A DNA stretch of 59,311 bases, counting the filler, from Basidioascus undulatus (taxonomy: Eukaryota): assembly GCA_000826855.1 (NCBI GenBank). It is 3 parts of 3 records of this genome, joined end to end, with 100 filler letters (N's around TTAATTAATTAA, not from the genome) between each part and the next. Parts side by side here need not be neighbours in the genome. Positions count along the whole stretch, not along the records: positions 1 to 19,718 come from JTLS01000405.1; 2 more parts are not named here. One strand, written 5' to 3'. The translations under genes and the position numbers were made by a program. Position 1 is the first letter of the stretch; each line of letters opens with the position of its first letter. Below, piece after piece: positions 1 to 11,270 of the stretch. Under the pieces are notes generated by a model. It saw only the letters and a list, made by a program, of their open reading frames with translations. It made no database searches and was not told the DNA's origin.

Positions 1-691
1 GTGCGGCGAGTACGGGTCGTAGAGCGCTGTGAGCGGCGCGGAGGGCGTGAGGGGCGTGGGGCTTTGTTGTGTTTTTATATGTATCGCTGTTCGAGTTGTG
101 GCTCGTGAATGCCCCCGCGGTGGGAGGAGCTCGAGGGGGATGGGGGCTGCGTCTCGGCTGGCCTGCGCAGCCCATCCCCATGCTGGAAGTACTGTGGCAC
201 CTGGCTCGTGGCTCTCTGCAATTGTTTGCAATGAAAAATACGATGCAAAACGTCAATGTTGGAGTGTTTCGTTGCGTTTCATGTCTCTCCGCATTCCGTG
301 AGCGCTCGGTTCCTGGTCCCTTCACCGACTTCGCCGAGACGCTCTGACTCGGTTCCTCCGAGCTCTTATGCGACTGCGCCTCCTGCCTTTCAATATAAAT
401 TACATGAAGCTACCCCTGTGAAGTGCATAGAGCGACTGGCGAAATGTTTTGTGTATTTTGCCAAACCGTCAGCTCTGTGAAGCTTAAAACCCCCCTGCGC
501 GCCAAGCTGCCGGCGATCGGATGGCAGACGCTGCCGCGTCTGGGCTGGGCCGCCCGACGCGCCTTGCGATGGCTCGATGCAGCCCAACAGGCAGCACCGT
601 CCTCTTTCTTCTTTCCCTTCTCCATCGCACTCCCCTCCCCACTTGTCCCCTTCCTTGTCCCCTTCCCCAGATACACTCTCCCCTCCATACC

Positions 692-1744
692 ATGCGCTCC
701 CCCACCCCCCGCACCACCACCGCCCTTGCGCTGCTCCTCCTTGGCGCGCCCGCTCTCGCGCAGGACAACTTCCCCGGGTGCACCGTGAGGCCCGAGACGC
801 CGCGCGGGGTCTGCCAGGTCATCGCCGGCTTCGGCGGCTCGCAGCTCGTTCCCCAGTACATCCCCACGCTCGAGCCCCAGGGCATTCTCGGCGTGCAGTA
901 CGACATCGCCGTTGCGCCTGCGCAGAACTTGGATCTGAGCCGTGGGTCGGGGTGGCGGTTCGGTTTGGGGGCGCTAAAGGGCGCATATTGAAAGTTGTAT
1001 GTTGCTTATTTCTCCCGGGCGATGCAGGCGTCGCCAACGCCCCCAACATCTTCTTCAACGCTACGGCGGCGCTAAACCCCGGCCCGGGGACGGGGCCCTT
1101 CGTCCTCCTCATGGTCGACCCCGACGCGGTGAACCCCTCCGTCCTCCACTGGCTCCTGACGGGCCTCACGGTCGACCCGAGCTCGACCGCGCTCGTCGGC
1201 GGGCAGGTCGCCAAGCCGTACTGGGCGCCTGCCCCGCCGGAGGGGACCGACCTGCACCGGTACACTTTCCTGCTGTACTCGTGAGTCCTTCAAATTACAC
1301 ACCTCTCGTATCGGACTATAATGAGAATCATCAATGTTCGCCAGCCAACCCTCCGACTTCTCCCTCTCTGGCACCTTCGCGAACCCGTCCGAGACGTCCG
1401 ACCGGATCGGGTTCGACTTCCCTGGCTTCGTGCAGTCCAACAACCTCCGCAACCCCGTCGGCGGCAACTTCATGCGCGTCGGCTACAGCGCGACGACCTC
1501 GGGCTCCTGGCCGGCGTACACCGTCACCACGGGGCCCTCGGCGTCCGCGGCGCCTTCCAACAGCACGTCCACGACGGGCTGGGGCTCCGCTGCGAGCAGC
1601 ACTGGAAGAAGCACGGGCACGGGCTCGCAGCCGGAGCAGACTGGGAGTGGCGAGGGTGACAACGCTGCGATGGGCTTGATGGCTGGGTGGAAGGCAGGCT
1701 GCGCGCTCGCTGCCGCTGCTGCTCTCACGCTTTTTGCTCTTTGA
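692..1744 (+). CDS. Secreted PEBP (phosphatidylethanolamine-binding) family protein, probably GPI-anchored; 3 exons
   Basis: ATG at 692 with a signal peptide (MRSPTPRTTTALALLLLGAPALA/QD). PEBP motifs LLMVDPDA, LHWL and YWAPAPPEGTDLHRYTFLLY. Introns at about 942-1028 and 1281-1344. Ser/Thr-rich stalk, then NAA and a hydrophobic C-terminus. Confidence 0.85.
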
Positions 1745-3462
1745 GAGACTTCGTATTATTATTCGTTGTGGAAATGACTCTTTGAACGGATTGCAATGCA
1801 CTTGGACTGGGCATAGTCGTGCGCTCAGCGCTCATCGAGCACCTGTCTACCTCGCTCAGAGCACGCATGCGTTGCCTCGCAGTGTCGGGACGGTACAGTC
1901 AATGCCATCATAAACCTGCGTAAGTTAGGGGTCCCTGTTCCGAACGCCTGGGTTCCTTTTTCTGTATAAGGCGACCCGCTCGAAGATCCGCTATCCTCGA
2001 GGCCAACCTCCGTCGCTCATGACGTTGTTGCCGCGCAGTGCACTTTCTTTCGCTACTCCTTTTCATGGCCGCACAAGACTGGAGCCCTTGGCCTGGAGAT
2101 GGAGCCTTCGTCTCCCACCTACTTCCAGTCATCCCCATAGTTTTCTTTGCTCTCGCATTCACGCTCACACAGCATTGCTTTCACGATAAACAATCTGCCC
2201 TTTCCCCGACTGCCCTTTCACCGACTGTACGTCTTCCTGCTGCACGCATCCATCTCCCTCGACCTACTTTGCTGAGCACAAACCACAGTTTACGATACTC
2301 CATCTCTCGGCTCTTCTTCCTCTCAACGCCACCTCGCCTCACGCCCGCTCCCCTCACCCACCCTGCGCCCTAGGCGCGCACACTCGAACGTCGCCATTGG
2401 TCGGTTTCAGCGACGCTGTGCAAGGGCGCTCTGAGCGCGTGGGACTGGCACTCGTCCGCTTGGCCGCCGGCCTCGCTCACAGACTGCCGCGTGTACGCGA
2501 GCGTCACGTCCGCTGCTGCCCAGCAGGCTGCGTCGACCAGCTCTGTCGCTTCACTTTCTTCCCTTTCCGGTAGCTCCTCCCAATCGAGTACAAGACGGCC
2601 CCGCTACCGAACCCTCTGCTCTCTCCTCCCTCTCCTCCGCCAGCCTCGCCTCCCTCGCCGAGTCCAACTCCTCCCCCTCCTCCTCCGAGCACAGCGGGCT
2701 GTCAGCGGCCCAGCGCGGGGGAGTCATAGCGGGATCCGTGATCGGGGGATTGCCTCTGCTCTTGCTAATCCTTGTCTGTGAATGCAGGCACCAGGCGGTG
2801 AACGGGCGAGAAGCTGTGGGAGTGGGTTCTGCTGGATAGGGACGGGCCGGATGGGAGGGGGTGGCCGGAGCGGTTCCCTGTTAATGGGCCGGAGGTGAGG
2901 ACGGGCAGTGAGGGAGGCTGGGAGGCTGGTTTAAAGCTGTAGGCCGATTGGGCAGGGAGGACATACACGCTTACGACCTTACGACATTGCGAGTTCTTAC
3001 GATACAATAAAACGCTCGTTTCCATGTACTCTGTAGTGTGTTTCCTGACGTGTTTGTTTGCGTAGTCTAAGGCGAGTTGATAGAACTGTAGAAGAAAGCA
3101 ACCCGAAAAATAGACATTCAAACCCTCGCCTTTCACATTGACACAAGTCGACACGCAGCGAGCATCAAATCAGTGGTCTGGTCGTCTTGCTACTGCGTTA
3201 TAATCCGTCCACGCCGATAACGAACTCTAAACAAGAGTTAAGAAGGAAGTCAGATCAGTACGCGGATTACATTTTAGTCCTGCCCGGAACTCGCAGCATC
3301 GAAGCAACCACGCAATGAAATCTTGCACAGCCGCTCGTCCTAGCCGCCTCACGCCGTTCTGACGCAGTTGTTCACGAGTTCCATAGTGCCATGCCGACTG
3401 AGAAAGCAAACTTTTCAGACACTTGCAAGCAGCTCACTTCTGCGAAACCAGCGATATATGAA

Positions 3463-4580
3463 CTACGACCGCTCAAGACGCATCCCGGCGCGATTCTCCC
3501 TCTCGGCCTGCACCGCGTAGCTCTTTGCGGGCATTGCGTCGTCGCTACTTGAGTCCCACTCGTTGTTGTCGTCATCCTCCTCATCCAACTCTTCCTCCTC
3601 ACCGCCCTTACCCTTTGTCTTCCCTTTCCCTCCTCGCCCGCTACCACGCTTGCACTTGTGCGCCTGGGCAGACTGTGCGGGTGGACGGCTCTCGTCGTTT
3701 GAGCCTTCGTCCTCCTCGTCAGCCGCGCGGTCTTCGCGATGATCGGCGAGCATGTTCCACACCATCTCGTCAAAGCCGACATTGAGGAGCGTGACTGCGA
3801 GACTCTGCAAGTCCTCAGAAAGTGCTCAGCAACGTGGCGCACAGTGGGAGTAAAGCGAAGTGATGGATGCACGCACAAGAATACCGCTGTTAAGCACGTC
3901 TTCAACCTCGGCCACCGTCATCTTGTAATCCTTGTCCTCGTCGAGGTACGCGGCCTTCTCATCTTGCATAGGCGGCCGCGCATGGTCGCGGTGGTACCGA
4001 TCCCAGCCACTCCTCGCGATGTTTTCCGCCCATACGCGCTTGGACTGCCAAACCCTCACCAGCCAATCGAGTAAGAATAGTTCGCAATCGGAGGAGTGAG
4101 ATGAAGCAAGTCGGCGCACCTCCGGGTTGTCTCGCCAAATCTCATAAGCATCTCGTAGGTGCCGCGGTAGTACCAGACGCTGTGGGACGCTCTCTCATCC
4201 CGCACCCAAAGCGGCACTCGGCCCTCCAGGGACTCCAGCTCGAACAACGCCCTGTGCTTCCCGGTCTCGGTGCTCAGCCGCGTGTTCCAGTCGCGCTTCG
4301 CGCAGATGTAGCGGCGGAGATGGCTGAGGACGGGGTGGTTCTGCTGGTGTTGAGCCGGTCCTTGCCAATGTCGGGGAGCATGTCCTGCAAATTACCTCCC
4401 CACACGGTGTAGATTGTCTCGCGCTTGATCCACGCGTGAAGCAGATTTAGTTCTCCGGCATCGCGACGAGCGGGATCGAGTTGAGCACGGCCTGAAATGG
4501 CGCCCAGTACTCGTCCGCGATCGCCGGGCCCTCCTCCTTCTTGGCTTTCACCTTGGGCGGCTTGACGCCAGGCTCGGGCT
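3463..4580 (-). pseudogene. Degenerate hypothetical protein gene with acidic/basic C-terminus
   Basis: Coding-like segments (PEPGVKPPKVKAKKEEGPAIADEYWAPFQ; LFELESLEGRVPLWVRDE; LDWLVRVWQSKRVWAENIARSGWDRY; VGFDEMVWNMLADH...EEDDD) are linked by apparent introns but broken by a stop and frameshifts at about 4350-4450. Family not recognised. Confidence 0.45.
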
Positions 4581-6657
4581 TAAAAAGATGGATTATCAGA
4601 CAAAACTAGGATCTCTCGGCATTATGAGTGTGAGCCCTGGACGCACCGGAGGTGGTTGGGCACAATGTGGGCGGTGACTGACGTGTTTCTGCGCTTCACT
4701 TCGGGCTTGATCTGCGAATGTGTCGGATTCCAGGCTGCATCAACGATGCAATCAAGAACTTAACATCCGCAGCAGAGTCTACGATGGACCAGCCGGCGTT
4801 CGGAAGTCCTTCGCCGAGCTGCCCGAAGCAAAGCGAGTGACGGCGAGCTCTGAGATCTGCAAGGTCTGTCAGCAGCAAACGAAAAGACACACCTGTACCG
4901 TCTCAACCTCTTCATCTCTTGGGTCATATCCTCCTTCGGAACGGGGTTCCGGAAGTGTAGGCTCTCGCTCCTGCGGCCTTTGGGCGCGCGAGGGTGTCTG
5001 AGTTTCGCAAACCCGGTCAAATGGTCACGCTTAATCGGAAAAGAGCAGTCCCAATCGCACCTCGATGAGCTCGACGTGAGAATATCATCGTCGACCACGA
5101 TAGGTGCAGTCTTTTTGGAGCCGGACGCCAAAATCTGGCTTTGAATTACTGTGAGCGACATGCGTCCAAAGGCGAATGAGGAGCACGAACGCATGGCGGG
5201 CACCTCGGAGCTGCTCGACCGGTTCAACCCCTTCAATTACACACAGATGAGCGATCAGCTAGACATCGCACAGGACCATCAGAACTTTGCCCTACCACTC
5301 GGCTACGATTCCGCACAACCGTGGGCGTCTGATGCTGAACCCGCGACGCTTTGGGCTTCGCGGGAGATGCCGATCTCTGAGAAAGTTGAACGCGTCGCAG
5401 AGATCATGAGAATCATTCTAAGCGAGCTCATGAAAGCGACTGGAAGTGTCGGCAACTATGGAGTGCGGGAAGGTCAGTAAGCGCACGAATTCAAAAGACG
5501 GACGCCGACTCACATCGGCCCGTTCAGGCTTAATTTCCTGCTTTACCCTCTGAAGCTTCTTCAAGACACGCCTGGCCTCCGCCATATCCACATCGACTCT
5601 GCTCAGTGCGTTCCTCCAGCGCGCCTGCTCCTTCCTTGAGCACCGGGTCAGCGGCGGCGCCGTCCGATAGCGCGTCCGCCTCGGCCTGCTTTGCCGGAGA
5701 TGAGCCTTTGATACGGTTCGAGATAATCGAGACGGTCCAAAAGCTCTTCACCAGTATACAATGAATAGAGAACGCGAAGGTCGCTCAATGCTCGGTCCGA
5801 AAGGTCATAGGATCGTCAGTCATGACGGCAAGTGTTGACTCCGCTTTACCCAGCCGAGAGTACCTACTTGTACTTAGTATCGCTTACTATCGCTCCTTGC
5901 TTTGGCGTACCCTTTCCTCCAACCTTTCAACTGCAGATCCTATCTGCCATTCTTCTCAAGGAAAACGAGGTAAGTCTAGTTACTGCCACTCTCTTCAAAC
6001 TTCGTGCAGAGAACTGTCAGCGCATCGCAGCAGCGTGCTGCAGCCAAATCTTCCGATGGTCTTAGGAAGTCCTTATCAATGATTGCACTACAACCCTTCC
6101 CTGCACGACAAGCGGAAAGTATGTATACAGTAGTAAACTTTGTGGCTCAATGAGGATTCATGAAGGCATGCATCGCTACTCCTTCTGAAGGACCAACTGC
6201 AGTGCTCACAGTGGCCACCTGATGCCTGGGCGAACTTCGACACGCTCGACTTATTTTTTTTGGTGGAAGTGCTTCTGAATGAAGTGTTTGTATTTTTTAA
6301 ATGCTCGGTACAGGTCTCTAGGCAACTATACAGGACTTTCTGAGAGCGCAGAGCGTTGCGATGTAAGTCGCGAGTCTCCAGCTTCCTTTCAAGTTGCGGA
6401 TTTCTATCAATGATGCCTGCAGAGTTTACAAGTATACCAGTTACAAATGGACTGCCTCAAATGATCTGGCCGCGTTCTGTGCATAGCGTTGAGGATCGTG
6501 TGCGCGTCAGGATGACGTCTGCCTGCGATAGCGGCAGAGCAGCTTGAAGTTCGCAGCGGTTGAATCGCTCTTCATTCCCATGTGTATCTCTCCTGTGTTC
6601 ACCGCCGTCCCGCTGCTACCCTCCTATACACGAGTATTCCGGAAAGCTCGTCGCAAC

Positions 6658-7990
6658 ATGACTTCGACTCACATGACCAACTGCACACGCCACAAGTTCC
6701 ACGATGCTATGGACGCGGTCTACGGCCCGTTCGAGCAGCTCTCGCCGCAGGAGGCCTCGTCGTGGGTGCCGCCCCCTATGACGGAAGGGCACCGTGGGAG
6801 GTATCTGTGGACGGACAGCTTCGGTGTCTGCAACTTCTTGACGCTCTGCAAGGAGACCTCCGACGAGCGTTACCTGTCTCTGGCTCGCCGGCTCGTCGAG
6901 ACGGTCCATGACGTCCTCGGTAGGACTCGTGACGGCCGGGCCCGTCTACCCGGGGCCACGCATGAGCAGCCGCTGCTTGGGGGGCTGCGAATAGGAAAAG
7001 AGAAGGATAGCGGGGAGGACGCGGACGGACAGTACGTGCTGTTGCTTTCACTCTCACAGTCTCCTTTTCGCTTCCTTTCCCATATACGCCCTATGTTCCA
7101 ATATTCTTATCTTCCGGGAATCTGCATCTTTTCAGATACCATCACTATCTCACCATCTGGATGTTCGCGCTCAATCGCATGTCGATCGTTTCCTCGAACC
7201 GTTGGTACAACGACCAGGCCATCTCGCTCGCGAAAGCGATCCACCCCCGCTTCGTGACCGATCGGAACTCTTCTCGTCCGCGCATGTTTTGGAAAATGTC
7301 GATCGACCTCTCGCGACCGCTCGTGTGGAGTGAGGGTAACCTCGATCCCATCGACGGTTATGTCATCTTCTCGCTTCTGCAGCACACGGCGGGTGACGAC
7401 TCCGTTCTCGTCGAGGAGATCAGCGACTACCGGAAGATCCTCGAGACGAAATGGCGGCATTACTCCTCTTCGGACCCGCTCGACCTAGGCATGACTCTGT
7501 GGACCGCGCACTGGTTCAATAAGGAGCAGGAGTGGGCTACGGTTCTCACTGAGCGAGCTTTCCATTGTCTACGTACGTTGAATTTCATAACTATGTCTTT
7601 GCTGACAGTGAATCGCCGTAGATTTGCTCTGCTCATCTGGCTTGGTTCATAGGGGAGCTTCACGACGACGGCTACTTTGAAGAGCCCACGCGTTTCCGCC
7701 TCGCGTTCCGCGAGTTCGGCACCGCCCTCGGCATCAAGTGCGGCGCCGGTAGCGGGGACGACATCTTATCCGTGGCCCACAATATCACCGAGACCTGGGA
7801 GCGCACCGGCTTGGTCGAAAGGACCCCCAAGAGGCTGCTGCCCATCACGCTCGTCATGTATGCATCAGCTTGCTACCCAGGTGGTGAGGACAAATTTCTC
7901 CCTCCGATGGCGTATTTCCAGCAGAACCTGACGTGAGCTATGCCTTTTTTAGTTTTCAGGAAAGGGTACCTGAACGGTGCAAAGTACTAA
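6658..7990 (+). CDS. Conserved uncharacterised protein (RYLWTD / GGLRIGK / DGQYxHYL / WKMSIDLS / RLAFREFG motifs; possibly an alpha/alpha-barrel fold); 4 exons
   Basis: Introns 7032-7135, 7573-7652 and about 7884-7952 join into one open frame ending VFRKGYLNGAKY* at 7990. The motif set resembles a hypothetical family I recall from fungi and prokaryotes. Confidence 0.8.
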
Positions 7991-9139
7991 AGAATGTTGA
8001 GGCCTTTTTGAAGCTGCAATGGCCTGTTTCGTGATGCTTGACCATCTGATCACTCGATTGACATCCGCTCGCGACTTTGCCTCGTGAACAAGGCGGAAAG
8101 CTGAATATGACCTGTGCGCGTTCCGTAGGGCATCAGAATGGAGCCTTGATAGCGTCCGACAGCAGCTGGGTGCGCTGCCGACGAGCGGGGCAATTGAACA
8201 AGTCTGTTGCAGTTCAAAGAGGCCCAATTCTGCCACGGTTGCTGCGGTAACGGCAGTAACCGTGATTCTCATTCCTACGTAGTCTTGTATTCACGCACCG
8301 ATCGTGATCGACCATCCTCGTCTTGCTGTCGTGGTCACCTCTGAGGCTGTTCAAGTCGCAGCCAGGCTGTGTGAAAGATCTAACAATTACTCAAGTGTAG
8401 GGTAGGTTATAGGTCTTTTAAGACACACTAGGCACGAAACAGGCCTCGAGGAGACACATGCTTTTGCATCCTGGGCCTGCTCACGCTGCGTACACACGAG
8501 TTTTGTAGTGTGTACGCAAATCTACTGTGTCCGTACAGTTTAAAGGGCACAAAGGCCTGTGGGACAGATCGAAAGAGCACCGACAATGCCATCATTTGCT
8601 GCGTAGCTCATGCGTCGCGTTGCCGCTCGACGTGCAGTGTGTGCAGTCCATACTTTTTCGCAGCGAGCTATCACACAACTCCGCATCTATCGAGGCACAT
8701 TTTTTAAAAGACTGACATAGCAAACAGACGTATAGAGGGAATAGGCAATTATTACAAAAGGTTGTGCTAGGGGTGCGTTTCCACGGGACGACGAACGGAC
8801 GACGATAATTGAACACACAGGCTGCTTGCGAGGGAAGAGACGAACTAAACGAAGGCGGATGGAGTGTCTAGGTTAAGGTCTGGAATAGTGGAAGGCGGGA
8901 CTGGGTTACAGTACAAACTAACGAGCAAGTGGCGATGCAGGCGGAAATGCGGCATGCGGACGAGCAACAGGGGAAACCCGGAACCGAGTATGCGCTGAGC
9001 GTGCTAAAGTAGGAAGCGATAAGGGAAATCGAAAGGAATAAAGTGAGAATACGAGTGGGAGTGGATAGAGAAGTGCGAGGGACACGGGCTTGGAGGACAG
9101 CGCGAAGATGCTGTCGACGATCGGGCGAGGGGATGGATG

Positions 9140-11270
9140 TCACTCCTCCGCCGGCGGATGGGGCGACCCTCCAGCTGCGCTGCCGGAGGAAGGGCCTGCG
9201 CCTGCGGTGGGCGTCAGGCTGCGCGGAAGGACCATCCGCAATCCTTGACCCGCGAGCGCCTGTGTTAGAGCAGTAGGTTCTGCTTTCCAATGGAAGACAG
9301 GGGTGAGTCAATTCGAAGAGCGGATGTGCGCGCAGTAAACGATGGATGTGATACGCACGCGGAGCGACGTAAGTTGCCTCCTCCTGGACTTCGAACGCCT
9401 CGGTACGCAGCGTCGCAAGCGTGCTGCTGGGCGGCGACCCGGGACCCATCGTCTGCGTTGCGCCAGGCCTGTGGTCCAGCAAACACAGCATATGAGACCA
9501 GACTATAGCAGAAAACACCCGAACCACAAGGAAAATATGCGTACCGTGCTATCCGGAACAGGGACGCCTCGAGCGTATACGTCCCCTTCAAACGCACGCT
9601 GAGGTCCGGAAAGACGAAGAAGACCCCGGCGCGGGGCGTGCCGCTGCCACCGATGTCGAGCTCGAGCGCGTGAGGACTCGAGACGAGCGTCCCGTACAGC
9701 ATCCGGACGGGTGCGGAGTCCTCCGCAGCGCCGGAATCTTGCACGAGGTCGACGGGTTCCTCTCCTGAGGCGGTGCGTAGGGAGGTGTGGCAGATGAAAA
9801 AGGGAAGCTCCTCGGTACTGCATGCGAAGGGAAATCGGCCACGAATACGTAAGATAAATGAATGCACTTGTACACAACGCATTCACGAAGTGAAAGGGGA
9901 CGCACATGTCAACTTCGTCTCCTCGTGTATTGTGCACTTCGAGGCGGAGGACGAGTGGCGGAGCGACGGGTAAGCGAGCGAGGATATTGGAGCGGAACTC
10001 GGCAGCGCGGACGGGGGTTTGGACGGCGGAGAGCGTGTATTGTCTGCGAAATCGAAAGCATTGTGGAGGCATGAGCGATAAACAGATCAAGAGGCAAGAG
10101 ACGATGCGAGCGATGAGTGGTGAGTAGTGCATGGACCACTGCGAAGCGATCGACACTGGCGCCAGTGCAGCGAAGGGACGCCCCAGGCTAGCAGAGCCAA
10201 ACGCGCAATGGCGAAATAAACGGGCCAATGCCAATTATTTGTGGTAGGAAAGTCGAGCACGAGGACGAGAGAGAGAGGTGAAAGGGGTGAATGAATGTAA
10301 AATGCACGCACCTTCCCTCAGAAGCGCTAGACGAAGCGCTAGACCTCGACTCACGGTCCGCCACACCGGAACCCCCTGAGCCCGTCTGCTCGGACCCCTC
10401 GCTCCCGTGGCCCCGGGACGATGCCCGCGCGGTGTCGACCGGCGGCGAGGGAGTCGAGCGTCGAGCGAGAGCCTCGCCGGCACGAGCGTTGTCGTCCTTG
10501 TCCTCGCCAAGATCCCGGCTGCCGGAGGGGATCGGCCCGGCTGCTGGGCCCGATGAAGACAGTACCAGACTCGCGACTGAAAGGCGTCGCGACTGCCGCG
10601 GCTCGCGCGACGAGTCTGGCCACGGGGCGGACTGTGACGGCTGGGGTTGAGAGGTGGACGTATGAGGCGAGGAGACGCGGCGAGCGGATGCAGGACGGGA
10701 GGAGGAGGCCGAAGATGTAGGTTCGTCGGCAGCGGGGGGATTGCTGGTGGAATGTAAGGGGCTCGCCTGCCGCCTGGCGACCGAAGTCGAAAGACGCCCG
10801 CTCCGGCGGGGCGCGTTGCCGGACATGTCGGGTTCAGAGTATGAGCGGCGGATGGGGTGCTCGTCTGCAGTGACGGATGAGGCCGAGGCAGAGTGCGGCG
10901 GCTCTCTGGTGGAAGACGAAGAGGAATGGGTGAAGAGGCGTCGAAAGAGAGAGTGTAGAGTGGGCGGGAGGGAAAGATCGAGTGCCAGGCGTTGTCGAGA
11001 TGAGCGACGTCGCGGCAGAGTGTTTGCAGTGGCGGATGCAGACTCTCGTCGACGCTGCCACGGTTTAGCTTTGCCAGGGACCGGAGCGCTCCCACTAGAT
11101 GGATCTTCGTCGGACTTGTCGTATCTGGCGGACTCGGGAGGGCGGAGGGCGGGAAACGAGCGTGTGGAGCGACGGAAAGTATTGGAGGAGGGCAGGGGAG
11201 GAGAAGGGGAAGAAGGGAGGGGCGCCGCGCCGCCGCGGTCGCCCTTGGGCTTTTTAATGAAGCCCAGCAT
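9140..11270 (-). CDS. Velvet-domain regulator with long low-complexity N-terminus
   Basis: Velvet motifs QYTLSAVQTPVRAAEF..RLPVAPPLVLRL, EELPFFICHTSL, RMLYGTLVSS, FFVFPDLSVRLKGTYTLEASL, TEAFEV, PTALTQALAGQGLRM. Stop at 9140. Start at 11270 (MLGFIKK) or the internal M at 10826 is uncertain. Confidence 0.85.

Noticed and set aside
1..22. Possible terminal codons of an upstream gene (...GEYGS*)
   Set aside because: Too short to assign.
5151..5480. 109-aa ORF and nearby Cys/His-containing frame (4720-5001)
   Set aside because: No recognisable domain or splice structure, so probably relic or chance.
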